NCBI GenBank assembly: GCA_947380295.1
Contig: CANCQK010000001.1
Coordinates: 210,144 to 274,143, forward strand
Source of the DNA: Bdellovibrionales bacterium
GTDB lineage: Bacteria > Bdellovibrionota > UBA1018
Length of the DNA: 64,000 nt
Direction of reading: 5' to 3'
Each line of letters starts with the position of its first letter. The first letter of the stretch is position 1. Positions 1-9,769 of the stretch are shown one piece after another. Under the pieces are notes generated by a model. The model had not been told where the DNA came from. It did no database searches and worked only from the letters and a program-made list of their open reading frames with translations. Made by a program: the position numbers and the translations under genes.

Positions 1-1438
1 TAGGCGCCCTTAGTGAGTTGAGGGAACTGCGAAATTGTTTTTTGGCAAGTTTTTCTCTAGCCTGGGTATTAAAATAAAGTTGGGCAGAATGATTGAGATT
101 CAGAGTTGTTTCGTAGGCGCGATTAAATAAGGTCGCTTGGACTTCCTCTTTTTTGATTTTAAGTTCCTCGAGTTCTCCTTTGATTATTTTTGCCTGTGAG
201 AAAAGAGCCAATCCGAGAGCAGAACGGGAGTCGCCCGCCGGATCCATCCAGTTCAGGTAAAGCCAGGGCTTGCGCGTTTTCTGGGCCATGATGGTTAAGT
301 TCAATTGTGAAAGTTCAATTGATCTTCGGACTGCTTCTTGCCCTAGAAGTTTACCATCGAGTTCGAGCGCTGACTCTGGGAAAGTTGGGTTAGAAATGGT
401 GATGGATTGGATCGCCTCAGGGTTCAAAAATCCCAGAGCAAGCGAGAGTGCATAGCGAGTTTTTTCACGTGCCCAACTGACTTCTTCTTGGGTGTCTTGG
501 ATTGATTTGACGATCTGGTTGAGTCCCTTTGTGTCGACTTTTTCAGGTCTTAAATTGAACCGCATCTCTTGTGTGATTTTTAAGAAGCTTTGGCATTTTT
601 GAAGTATTCGCTCAGAGCGATTGTACTCATAAAACAGACTCTCGAGTGTGGCAATTAGATCGGCTTTGAAAATGGTCAAAGCCTTTTGTTGGACTTTAGC
701 CTCGAGTGATGACTGCCTCGCATTGAGCCACGAGGTGGGGAGCAAAAAAGGAGCTACATTCAGCATCAATAATGGAATCGAGGTAAAGCTCACTGAGGTG
801 TACCAAAGAATGTTGACATTAAGGTGGGGGAGTAAGTTGAGGTAGGCGGCAGTCGCTTGATGCCTCGCTTGCAGAGCCTTTTCAAAGTTTTCCCTCGAGT
901 CAAAGTTAAAGGCCATAGCACGCGCGATCGCGTCATCGAGGGAAATGGCAATGGGAGCTTCGAGCGGAGATGGGTCTTGGACTGCAAGGCTTCCGTAGAT
1001 ACTGTGCCTAGTTTGACTGGATTCAGACTGAGCCTCAAAATAGAAGCGATCATCTGTGAAGCAGAATAGAATGGCCCATGATCCCTCGTGATTGAAGCAA
1101 GCCTCTTGACTGAGTCTGTCGCGACTGGCTCGTTTTTTTAACAAAAAGGGCTGTGCTTGGATTTGAGGAACTTTAAGGGAGTAGGTCCAAATATCTACTT
1201 TTGAAACCTCAATGAGACTGATGAGGATTTGATTAGAGTCCTTAATGGAGATCGTCTTGAGGTGAGGCGAAGTGCGCTCGATTCTAATCCGCACGGGTTG
1301 AACCCGGCGTTCAGTGGGCGAGTCGGATTGTAAATTTCCCTCAAATTCTCCTCGGGGAACGTGACGGCAGGCGGTCGTAAAAATGACGAAAATAACGCAA
1401 CACGTTCGAATGAAAGTGATCCATTTTGTGTAGCTCAA
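1..1438 (-). CDS. Outer-membrane efflux protein, TolC/NodT family, probable lipoprotein. Partial: the 3' end lies beyond the left edge of the window. Not in the ORF track.
   Basis: Manual minus-strand translation gives a continuous frame from a TTG near 1436-1438 (preceded by an in-frame stop at 1445-1447) to position 1. The N-terminus LSYTKWITFIRTCCVIFVIFTTAC reads as a signal/lipobox-like sequence. Downstream text such as EVSWAREKTRYALSLALGFLNP..., LNLTIMAQKTRKPWLYLNWMDP... and KIKKEEVQATLFNRAYETTLNL is typical of the coiled-coil repeats of OMF/TolC proteins. The short + and - ORFs listed at 270-1069 fall inside it and are probably spurious. Confidence 0.6.
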   Translation of the reverse strand, partial: MSYTKWITFIRTCCVIFVIFTTACRHVPRGEFEGNLQSDSPTERRVQPVRIRIERTSPHLKTISIKDSNQILISLIEVSKVDIWTYSLKVPQIQAQPFLLKKRASRDRLSQEACFNHEGSWAILFCFTDDRFYFEAQSESSQTRHSIYGSLAVQDPSPLEAPIAISLDDAIARAMAFNFDSRENFEKALQARHQATAAYLNLLPHLNVNILWYTSVSFTSIPLLMLNVAPFLLPTSWLNARQSSLEAKVQQKALTIFKADLIATLESLFYEYNRSERILQKCQSFLKITQEMRFNLRPEKVDTKGLNQIVKSIQDTQEEVSWAREKTRYALSLALGFLNPEAIQSITISNPTFPESALELDGKLLGQEAVRRSIELSQLNLTIMAQKTRKPWLYLNWMDPAGDSRSALGLALFSQAKIIKGELEELKIKKEEVQATLFNRAYETTLNLNHSAQLYFNTQAREKLAKKQFRSSLNSLRAP

Positions 1439-1568
1439 AAGTAATTAGACGGGAAGTCTCCGTGGCGTTCACCGTGAGTTCCCATCCCCCCTTTATTGAG
1501 GTACTTGAATGGCAAGCGGCTGTCAAGGTGACCGTATAATCGAGAATAACGCAGAAGTAGAATTCAAA

Positions 1569-3005
1569 TTATTTGACCCGCTTCATTGGGACGAAGACTT
1601 TTTCATCTGGGCTTTTCTGAACATACAATACTGCAATTTCGTCTTTCTTCATTTGGTCAAATAATTCGGATAGTTCTTTGGCATTGTGGACTTCGCTTTG
1701 ATTCGCGCTGACGATGACATCCCCAACGGAGAGTCCCACATCAAAAGCAGGACTTCCGGGCTGAACCTCTGCGACGATAGCTCCTGTGTAGGGCGAGGCT
1801 TTGAGAAGTTTGGCCAGCTCAGGCGTCAAATCTTGCACTGCGATCCCCAGATTTCCGTGTGTTGCTGGACGCTGAGCGACATGAGCGGCTTGCCCGGCTT
1901 TTTGATTGCTGAGATCACTTTTGGCTTCGACTTGCTCTTGGACATAAATGGGGACTTGGAATGTCTTGCCATTTCGGCAGATGGAAACTCGAATTTCTTT
2001 TGAAACAGGCGCGTTTGCAACGAGTGATTTCAGTTGATTCGCAGAGTGAACCGCTTGATTGCCAAAGTGGGTAACTACATCGCCGCTTCTGAGTTTGGCT
2101 TTCGAGGCGGGCCCTCGGTTTTGAACCTGACTGATTAAAGCTCCGTCGGGACTTGGAGCTTTGAAATACTCAGCAAGCTGTGAGTCTAGATCTTGGGCAA
2201 TGACGCCGATCCACCCCCGAACTACATGGCCATGCTGCACGATTCCATCAAACACTTGTCTTGCGATTTGGGATGGAATCGCCAAACCCACACCTGTAAA
2301 TCCACCCGTTTGGGAAAAAATCGCAGTATTAATTCCGATAATTTCACCGTGAGAGTTCAGGAGAGGGCCACCCGAGTTGCCAGGGTTAATTGGGGCATCG
2401 GTTTGAATGAAATCTTCGATATCAAGCATCCCTAATTGCCCACGTCCCACTGCGCTAATAATGCCCGAAGTGACTGTGTGGTTCAGTCCAAATGGACTCC
2501 CGACTGCAATGATCCAATCGCCCACGTTGAGCTGGGCCGAGTTACCGAAGCTTAAAGTGGGAAGCGGGTTTTGGGGTGGATGGTCCAGTTGGAGAACGGC
2601 GAGATCCGTTTTTGAGTCACCTCCTCGAAGATGGGCCGCAGCCTTACGATTGTCATCAAAAACAATCGTGATTTTATCGGCATTCTGAACCACATGAAGG
2701 TTCGTGAGGATCAGTCCATCGGAGCGAATGATAACGCCTGATCCTAATCCTAGAGCGAATTGCTCTGCAAATTCGGGTGGGACTCCTCCTGGATTGCCTA
2801 GTGGGGCTGCGGGCATGAGTGGACTATGGACAGAAGTAATGCTGACAACAGCGGGAGTCGCATGCTTGGCGATCTGATTCAGCTCATGTGAAACCTGACT
2901 CAGAACTTCAACGCCATGAGTCGGTGCTGGAGTGGAGTGATTTGCAGCGCCCAAAGAAATTAAAGCAAGAGGCCAGATTAGGAGGCTTTTGAATTTCATC
3001 TGCAT
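1569..3005 (-). CDS. htrA: Periplasmic serine endoprotease, DegP/HtrA family (trypsin-like domain plus two PDZ domains)
   Basis: N-terminal signal peptide. Motifs GNSGGPL (catalytic Ser) and TNLHVV (His) are present, followed by two PDZ-like segments. Length 478 aa. Confidence 0.9.
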   Translation of the reverse strand: MQMKFKSLLIWPLALISLGAANHSTPAPTHGVEVLSQVSHELNQIAKHATPAVVSITSVHSPLMPAAPLGNPGGVPPEFAEQFALGLGSGVIIRSDGLILTNLHVVQNADKITIVFDDNRKAAAHLRGGDSKTDLAVLQLDHPPQNPLPTLSFGNSAQLNVGDWIIAVGSPFGLNHTVTSGIISAVGRGQLGMLDIEDFIQTDAPINPGNSGGPLLNSHGEIIGINTAIFSQTGGFTGVGLAIPSQIARQVFDGIVQHGHVVRGWIGVIAQDLDSQLAEYFKAPSPDGALISQVQNRGPASKAKLRSGDVVTHFGNQAVHSANQLKSLVANAPVSKEIRVSICRNGKTFQVPIYVQEQVEAKSDLSNQKAGQAAHVAQRPATHGNLGIAVQDLTPELAKLLKASPYTGAIVAEVQPGSPAFDVGLSVGDVIVSANQSEVHNAKELSELFDQMKKDEIAVLYVQKSPDEKVFVPMKRVK

Positions 3006-3155
3006 CTCCCTGCCGGTGGGTTCGTAAATGAGGTTAATCCAAATAGTGATGCAGGTGAGATGCCGAGAAAAAAGAACGGCCCATGATTTTAAAGAGACTG
3101 TTAGATTTTGGAAAGAGCTATAAAAGTTGCCAAAGTTGCTCTACTCTGAGGTCCT

Positions 3156-4865
3156 ATGATTTTATCGCCGAGCGATTCAAAGAGGATACGGTGCTGGTCA
3201 ATTCTTTTCGCATTGATTGTACTTTTAAGCGGGGTAGTTTTTCTGTTTTCTCCCCTGGGTTTTGTTCCCGTGCCATGGCCGGATGCTCCCCCGTTCTACC
3301 TTCCTTGGCGTGACTTAATTCAATGGCCACCGGTGTGGAGAATGGGCAATTACGCTGCTTTTGTTCCGAGTTTAGATCAGGTCAATTTTGGCACGATGCC
3401 TGGACTGACGATAGTTCTCGGGGGAATTTCCTCCCTGGGTCTCATGCATATTTTTAGTCCCACCGTGACTCTTAAACTCATCTGTTTGTTTGCTTTGATG
3501 AGCTGGGCATGGATGCTTTGGACATGGTTGATTCAATTGCCGTTATTTCGCGCAAGGCCCTACTTTGCGCTCATCATTTGCCTAGCTGCCTTATGGGATC
3601 CTACTTTGCGCTGGGTCACCTTAGCCGTAAGGCCTGAGGCATGGGTGGGGTTAATTTGGCTTTATATCCTCAAGGAACTCTGGAAAACTCACGTCAATTC
3701 GGAGCCACTCTCGAGTAAGACTCTCTGGATAGTCTCTGGAAGTCTAGCCCTTGCCGCTTACTTCCACTTTGATGCGATCGCTTTAGTGCCTGGAGTTGCG
3801 ATGATGCTGATGCCCAGCCCGGGCGAACGCTTTCTTCAGGTCTGGTTTCAGCGCCTTGTGGGGGTTGGTCTGCGGACGGTGTTGTTTCTGTCTCCGTGGC
3901 TGATCTATTGCCTTGTAAACTTTAAGCTTTTTTTGGAGCAAATTGGCGCTCAGTTCGGGCGACTTGCAATTCCTAATTGGGGATTTGAAGACGGACTTTT
4001 TTCTGCGCTTTTTATCGAGATGGGAAGTCCGGTTAATCTACCAAAGTTTTTTCGAATTTCGAGAGTTGCAATGTGGGTCATGATCTTTGTCATGACTGGT
4101 CGTATTCTCTATGAGGCAGTTAAAACCAAGATGCAGGGTGATCCACCCTGGGCGAGGCCGAAGTCCTTGTTTTTACTTTCGTTCGAACTCGGTGCAGGTC
4201 TTGTTTTTTGGTCAAGTTTCTATCAATGGTATTCGAAGCCAGAGGCTTGGTATGTGGGGCTTTGCCATTTTGTGTTTTGGCCCTGGCTCGTAGTTACGAT
4301 TGCCGCACTTCACGAAAAAACGCTAGAAAAATCAAGGCTCCCTAGCTTTCTGATCTTTTTTTCTGGGCTGTTTGCTCTAGGCGCGGTGAGTGCTTCAATA
4401 GTCCAGCTCAAGCAAATGCCTCCGAGCTATCGATGGCCTGTCTACGACGCGTGGGTAGATTGCATTGATCAAGAAATTCAATCCAAAGTTCGGAGTGAAA
4501 ACCCCAAGATTTGGCAAACCTTTCTTCCCGATGTTTTGGTTGACTTGGCTGTTAGGCATCCAAACTATGACGTCACCCGAGTCTTGGATTATCAAGATCT
4601 TGCAGAAAGAGCTTGGAGGTTTGCTCAAACGACTGATGCTATTATTCTCAGTAGTTACGTAGATGACTCACGACACGATGGTATGCAGGAGTTTACTCAA
4701 TACAGTGGGCCTTATCGGCCTGATTATTCCCACTTTTATGGTTATGTTCCTTTCGGCGATCGAGTCTTACGTGAACTTTTTCCTGAAAATTGGGATACAA
4801 AAATCTGCCACTTTGGCAATTTTTGGGCTTCCGTAGTGACTCGGCGATCGAGTAGTCGGCGCTAA
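3156..4865 (+). CDS. Polytopic integral membrane protein of unknown function (possibly a GT-C-type glycosyltransferase)
   Basis: 569 aa with at least 10 hydrophobic helices and Trp/Phe-rich loops. No soluble catalytic motif recognised. Confidence 0.45.
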   Translation: MILSPSDSKRIRCWSILFALIVLLSGVVFLFSPLGFVPVPWPDAPPFYLPWRDLIQWPPVWRMGNYAAFVPSLDQVNFGTMPGLTIVLGGISSLGLMHIFSPTVTLKLICLFALMSWAWMLWTWLIQLPLFRARPYFALIICLAALWDPTLRWVTLAVRPEAWVGLIWLYILKELWKTHVNSEPLSSKTLWIVSGSLALAAYFHFDAIALVPGVAMMLMPSPGERFLQVWFQRLVGVGLRTVLFLSPWLIYCLVNFKLFLEQIGAQFGRLAIPNWGFEDGLFSALFIEMGSPVNLPKFFRISRVAMWVMIFVMTGRILYEAVKTKMQGDPPWARPKSLFLLSFELGAGLVFWSSFYQWYSKPEAWYVGLCHFVFWPWLVVTIAALHEKTLEKSRLPSFLIFFSGLFALGAVSASIVQLKQMPPSYRWPVYDAWVDCIDQEIQSKVRSENPKIWQTFLPDVLVDLAVRHPNYDVTRVLDYQDLAERAWRFAQTTDAIILSSYVDDSRHDGMQEFTQYSGPYRPDYSHFYGYVPFGDRVLRELFPENWDTKICHFGNFWASVVTRRSSSRR

Positions 4866-4874
4866 GGAAATGTG

Positions 4875-7049
4875 TTAATGGGCTTGGTACCTGATCAAAA
4901 ACCAGTCTCCATTCTTCCATGTGCGCTCCGGTTGATAACCATTTTGTGTTAAAAGATTGTTCACTTGATGGTTCGGGAATTCTACATTTGAATAGAGTAA
5001 AAATCCCCCCTGAAATCTGAGATGATCGTGCCAGCGTTTAAAGTAGACTGCTTGTCGTTTCGGGGAGAGGATTTTAAATTGAACGAATGGGGCAAGCGGC
5101 AACCACAGGCGTGAAACTCGTGGGTCCTGAGAAGGTAAAATAAGAAGATGGTGGCCTAGGTATGCGATTGGGTCCGTCGATTTGACGCTCGCGATACGCA
5201 GGAGTTCTTCTGCCTCCTTGGGAAGTTCAGGATTTCTAACTGAACGGAGCTCACCCTTTAAGTTGAAGAAGTAAGAAATTTTTTCCTGTAAGACCTTGTT
5301 CAAAACTTTCGGTTTATTCAAGACTAGAAAAAGAGGGATGAGTAAGGCAGGGACAAAGGATGCCCATCTGAGGCTGTTCTTAATTTGAAAAGGCTGATCA
5401 AGAGCAGCTACATTGATGAGGAGACAAAAGAAGTGAATGGGTAATAAATTGAGGGCATTATTGTCATGAGTTCGTGTCGCGTAGTAACTGAGGGTCGACC
5501 AGAATAAACAGAGGGAAGCAGTTGCAATAGCCTTGCGCGATTTGGACTCATTTTCAATGAATGCTTTTACTAGGAATGTTGCGAGTGCGATGAATTCGAG
5601 TCCAACAAACCAAATTGTTCCTTTGCTGCTAGAAGGGTGGGCTCCAAAACCTTTGCTGTAGGCGAGCGCATATTCAAAAAAGCCTGACCAGTCTGGCCAA
5701 TGCCCAAGTGAGATCTGATAAAAAACCGAAATTCCAAGGAGCACTGTGAGAAATGCTAGAAATGGGGGAGCAAAAATTTTGGTGAATCGAGATAGGGTAA
5801 GAATTTTCTTTGAGTTCCAGGACAATAAAAAGTAGGCGGGGAACCATGTGATAGTGCAGTAAACAGCACTCTCTGCGGACCAGAGTACGCCGATCAACCA
5901 GACGGCGTGACCTAAGATGATCCATGGTTTCTGCTTCGAGTCGTTATCTTTTCCCTTTGTAGAAAAAAAGATTACTGCGACTAGGAGTTCGGCAAAAATG
6001 AAACGAAACGGCCCAACACTAGGGTAGGCCATGGGTCCGGTTAAATCCTGAAGCCATCCTGGGCAAAAATAAACTAATGCCAAAGTAGAAGGAACACCAA
6101 TAATTCTACCCAAAGTAGACTTAAATACGTTCCCCCACACTAAATAAAATAGACTAGCTGCAATCAGGTAAAAAATAATGAGGAGAAGATGAAGGTTTAA
6201 GTAGCTGTCGCCCCATGGCAACAGGGCCAGCAGAGTGATGTTCAGTAGTCCGTACTGGCTTGGAACGTCATAGAGCAGCCAGCCCCCTGCCCGGATGAGC
6301 TCAGCTGGGCCTGTGTAAAAACTCCAGTGATGGGCAGGGCTTTCGCCCCCTGGAATTTCTTTCATAAGGGCTAGTAATGACACGATCAAAGTAGACCAGA
6401 GGACCCCATGGACGAGGCGACTTTTGGAAATGGGATGATTGCTTAACCCAATTTCCATTCGCAGAGTTTGTGTGAGAATGAGTAAGAGTGGTATCGAGAT
6501 CAATAAGCTGCCGAGACTCAGCGGGAATTTACTCGAATCAAGTTCGAGCCAGAATGCAAGTCTTGCAGCGAATAGCCACATCGAAGAAAGAAAAATCAGT
6601 CCGTAAATCCGATTCTTGGTGCTGAATTGAACTTTTGGCAAAAGTGCGAGCTGGATCGAAGCAAAAAGCAGAGAAACTAAGTAGCTTTGCCATGAACCAA
6701 GTCGGAGCGCTAACTTCAGTAAAATGAGGCTCGACACTATAGAAACAGCTGAGTGTAGTGTCGGTCGTTTTACACGTAAGAGTGATGGGATTTTGGATTT
6801 TAAAAAAAACAATAGAGGAGGAATGGAAAGTAGGCTGAGGTAGATCATATGATCTCTCTGTTTGACTTCCAGTGAGCTCGTGGCTTTGCCCCATAGGACA
6901 ATCCATGCGAATAGTCCCGCTACTTGGATCAGATCATTTTGAATGCCGAAAGCCTCTTCTTTGTCTTTAGTCATAGATTTCATGAGTGCGAGTGGGTGGG
7001 TAGCTTTGCTCTTAAGAGACTGTTGCAGATATAAAAAGAGATTGTGCAA
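4875..7049 (-). CDS. Large polytopic integral membrane protein of unknown function (possibly a GT-C-type glycosyltransferase)
   Basis: 724 aa, many transmembrane helices in the N-terminal two thirds and a soluble C-terminal third. Its start overlaps the 3' end of the downstream methyltransferase gene by 38 nt. Confidence 0.45.
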   Translation of the reverse strand: MHNLFLYLQQSLKSKATHPLALMKSMTKDKEEAFGIQNDLIQVAGLFAWIVLWGKATSSLEVKQRDHMIYLSLLSIPPLLFFLKSKIPSLLRVKRPTLHSAVSIVSSLILLKLALRLGSWQSYLVSLLFASIQLALLPKVQFSTKNRIYGLIFLSSMWLFAARLAFWLELDSSKFPLSLGSLLISIPLLLILTQTLRMEIGLSNHPISKSRLVHGVLWSTLIVSLLALMKEIPGGESPAHHWSFYTGPAELIRAGGWLLYDVPSQYGLLNITLLALLPWGDSYLNLHLLLIIFYLIAASLFYLVWGNVFKSTLGRIIGVPSTLALVYFCPGWLQDLTGPMAYPSVGPFRFIFAELLVAVIFFSTKGKDNDSKQKPWIILGHAVWLIGVLWSAESAVYCTITWFPAYFLLSWNSKKILTLSRFTKIFAPPFLAFLTVLLGISVFYQISLGHWPDWSGFFEYALAYSKGFGAHPSSSKGTIWFVGLEFIALATFLVKAFIENESKSRKAIATASLCLFWSTLSYYATRTHDNNALNLLPIHFFCLLINVAALDQPFQIKNSLRWASFVPALLIPLFLVLNKPKVLNKVLQEKISYFFNLKGELRSVRNPELPKEAEELLRIASVKSTDPIAYLGHHLLILPSQDPRVSRLWLPLAPFVQFKILSPKRQAVYFKRWHDHLRFQGGFLLYSNVEFPNHQVNNLLTQNGYQPERTWKNGDWFLIRYQAH

Positions 7050-7731
7050 ATCGGTCGGGCCCAGGAAGCTTTTCTAGACAATCACCGGTTGCAATTACCG
7101 CGTTGATGAGCGAGGTCGGTGTATTCGGAAGCAGGAAGTCTCGATACTCCACGACAACATCAGAAAATCCATTATCTTTCAGTTTTTTGGCAATAAATCT
7201 ACGAGTAAATGCCATTTCGTCGGGCTCTAATTTTGCTCGCTTTCTTAAGGGAGCGAACGAGAAAATCAAAAAACAGTAAGGATTCAGAAGGTTGGGCTCA
7301 AGAAATACAATTCGGCCATTCGGTTTACATAATTGCTTAAAGCGTTGGAGCGATGCATCTAGATTGTAGTAGAGGTGGTGCAGTATTCCGTTCCCAACAA
7401 TCGAGTCAAATTTTCCGATCCTTGAGAACTCACTCTCATTCGTCGAGTTAAAATCAAAAACGTCGTAGGATAGTTTTGGGTGCTTAAACTGCTTTCGCGC
7501 TTCTTCTATAAAAGGTTTACAGATGTCTGTTCCCACGACTTCAACATTCCCTTTGGAGGCTAATAGTGCGGAGATTTCACCGGTTCCGCAGCCGATCTCA
7601 AGCACTCGGCCACCTTCTTTGAGGTTTGATTTGTCGAGGATATATTGGCACCTGCGCTCGGTTCGAACTTTGAGTGCCGGTGAGGGTTTAAAGCCCTGAT
7701 TGTATCCTCGATCATCTTGAATGCTTGCCAT
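7012..7731 (-). CDS. Class I SAM-dependent methyltransferase
   Basis: Motif I VLEIGCGTGEIS, followed by an acidic D and the rest of a Rossmann-like MTase core. 239 aa. Confidence 0.8.
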   Translation of the reverse strand: MASIQDDRGYNQGFKPSPALKVRTERRCQYILDKSNLKEGGRVLEIGCGTGEISALLASKGNVEVVGTDICKPFIEEARKQFKHPKLSYDVFDFNSTNESEFSRIGKFDSIVGNGILHHLYYNLDASLQRFKQLCKPNGRIVFLEPNLLNPYCFLIFSFAPLRKRAKLEPDEMAFTRRFIAKKLKDNGFSDVVVEYRDFLLPNTPTSLINAVIATGDCLEKLPGPDRFAQSLFISATVS

Positions 7732-7742
7732 TGCCTTGCTCC

Positions 7743-9761
7743 CTATTTTTTTGCGCTACTGCGGGTGATGTAGGTCTGAATGCCTTGCTCTCCCGTGTAC
7801 ACTTCTCCCGCTGCGAATAAGTGACTTCGAATGAAACGGGGTCGGTTTTTGACTTCGTCTAGGATTTTACCGATGTAGTCTCCTAATATACTGAGACTGA
7901 TGAGTTGTGCTCCGCCTAATACGAGAGTCAGTAGAATAATCGTAGTTGCTCCTCGGGCATTTTGTGGAGGTTGAATAAAGTAGGCAACCGCATAGAAGAC
8001 ACTGAGCAAACAACTGACTAGAAAAATAAGCACTCCGAATCTCTGAATATAATCGAGTGGCTTAGTGCTGTATGAAAAAATCCCTTTTTTAGCCCACCAG
8101 ATATTTTTCCAGAAATTATTTGTGGTTCGGCCGAACATTCGTTCTGGCCGGTGGTAAGGCACGCCTTCTTGTTTGAAACCCACCCAAGCTCGCAGACCCC
8201 TCAGGAAGATATCTTTCTCTGGAAATTTGAGCAGGTGGTTGACTACTTTGCGGTCAATGAGTGAGAAGTCCCCTGCATCAACTGGAATTTCGAAATCAGC
8301 CAGATGTTTAAAGACTCGATAAAAGAGCTTATAAAGAATCTGCATATGCAGATCCGCTTGGCGCCTGACTCTTTTTCCATAAACAATGTCTGCGCCGGCG
8401 ATCCACTTTTTGTAAAATTCTTCGATGAGTTCTGGCGGATCTTGGAGGTCACCATCGAGTAAAACGATCCCATCGCCCGAGGATACCTCCATTCCACTGA
8501 AGAAAGCGGATTGGGAGCCAAAATTTCTGGAATGAGAAATACCGATGACGTGAGAGTCCTTTTGGGCAATATCCCAGATAACTTTTTCGTCAGAGGTAGG
8601 GCTACAGTCGTTCACGAAGATGATTTCGTAGTTCACTCCGGTCTTCTGAAAGACTGTGCTAAGTCGCTCGTACATGATTGGGATGGCCTGGTGATCCCGA
8701 TAGCAAGCAATGATCGCTGAGATTTTTTTAGCAGGCTTTTGTGCAACCGCGAACTGAACCTTTTCTGCTGCGCTCCTCTCCCATTCAATGGTGTACTTAA
8801 GTCCAGTTTCAAGAGGCGTGCGTGCTTTCCACTGGAGTTTTTCGAACGCAAGCGAGGGGTTTCCATACCAATTACTAAGGTCCCATTTACGGTTGGTCAT
8901 TTCACCAAAATTTGGGTCGGTAGGGAGTTGAAAAAGTTCTTTCGATAAATATGCAATCTGTTCGAGAGATGTTTTTTTCCCTGTTGCAATGTTAATTGAA
9001 ATTCCTCGGTCTTCTGGATTCTGGCAGACAGTGAGTGCCGACTTGACGATCGCATGGGTGCAGTCGTCGACATAGACGAAGTCCCTTGAGATCGATCGGT
9101 CGGCAAAGGGAGGGTAGTGTCCTTGTAGTCCCTTTGAGATGAGGTTTGGAACGAGTCGATCTCGCTCTTCCCATGGACCATAAATGGAATAAAGCCTAAG
9201 ATTGACGCAAGGGAATTGATGAAACTTACCGTAATATTGAATCAGATGGGAGGCAGCCGCCTTAGAGACAGCGTAGTCACTGTTGGGAATGAGCTGATCC
9301 GTCTCCTTTGGGGCTGTGCAATTTAAACCGTATTCAGATGAACTGCCTGTTTGAACATAAGAATGACACCCAGTTTCCATGAGTGCTAAAATGAGATTAA
9401 GACTCCCTAAATAGTTGACCTGGTGGATCGTCTGAGCTGTCTTTTGTCGTTCGTAAGCACCGAAGGCAGAGAGATTGAAAACTGTCCTCGGGCGAAGTTT
9501 CGAAATTACGTTTTTGACCGCTGTTTCGTCTGTCACATCCAAGGAAATGAGCTTGGATGGATCGGCATAAGCGAGTCGCCAGCTCTTTTGAGGGGATCGC
9601 GAAACGGCAAAAACATCATCTCTTCGTGCCGAAAGGCTGTAAAAAAGCTTTGCTCCGATGAATCCAGAAGCTCCGACTACGAAAATGGGACCCTCAAGGG
9701 AGCGTGCTAGGGACTCTTCGTGGGGTGTCCAAGTATCAGAAAAAATAATCGAAGACTTCAT
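7743..9761 (-). CDS. Fusion protein: N-terminal NAD-dependent sugar epimerase/dehydratase (SDR) domain plus C-terminal GT2 polyprenyl-phosphate glycosyltransferase (ArnC/GtrB-like) with C-terminal TM helices
   Basis: N-terminal VVGASGFIGAKL Rossmann motif and a YAVSK catalytic Tyr-x3-Lys. C-terminal IIACYRD...NDCSPT...LLDGDLQDPPE is a GT2 DXD-type core with two C-terminal hydrophobic helices, as in ArnC/DPM synthases. The track ORF extends to 9881. The start at 9761 (MKSSII) is preferred because it lies 8 nt after the upstream stop. Confidence 0.7.
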   Translation of the reverse strand: MKSSIIFSDTWTPHEESLARSLEGPIFVVGASGFIGAKLFYSLSARRDDVFAVSRSPQKSWRLAYADPSKLISLDVTDETAVKNVISKLRPRTVFNLSAFGAYERQKTAQTIHQVNYLGSLNLILALMETGCHSYVQTGSSSEYGLNCTAPKETDQLIPNSDYAVSKAAASHLIQYYGKFHQFPCVNLRLYSIYGPWEERDRLVPNLISKGLQGHYPPFADRSISRDFVYVDDCTHAIVKSALTVCQNPEDRGISINIATGKKTSLEQIAYLSKELFQLPTDPNFGEMTNRKWDLSNWYGNPSLAFEKLQWKARTPLETGLKYTIEWERSAAEKVQFAVAQKPAKKISAIIACYRDHQAIPIMYERLSTVFQKTGVNYEIIFVNDCSPTSDEKVIWDIAQKDSHVIGISHSRNFGSQSAFFSGMEVSSGDGIVLLDGDLQDPPELIEEFYKKWIAGADIVYGKRVRRQADLHMQILYKLFYRVFKHLADFEIPVDAGDFSLIDRKVVNHLLKFPEKDIFLRGLRAWVGFKQEGVPYHRPERMFGRTTNNFWKNIWWAKKGIFSYSTKPLDYIQRFGVLIFLVSCLLSVFYAVAYFIQPPQNARGATTIILLTLVLGGAQLISLSILGDYIGKILDEVKNRPRFIRSHLFAAGEVYTGEQGIQTYITRSSAKK

Positions 9762-9769
9762 AGAGTCAC

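Noticed and set aside
270-1069. Track ORFs 270-455(+), 648-845(+), 857-1069(+) and 790-1053(-)
   Set aside because: All lie inside and out of frame with the long TolC-like minus-strand reading frame. Their translations are low-complexity and not protein-like.
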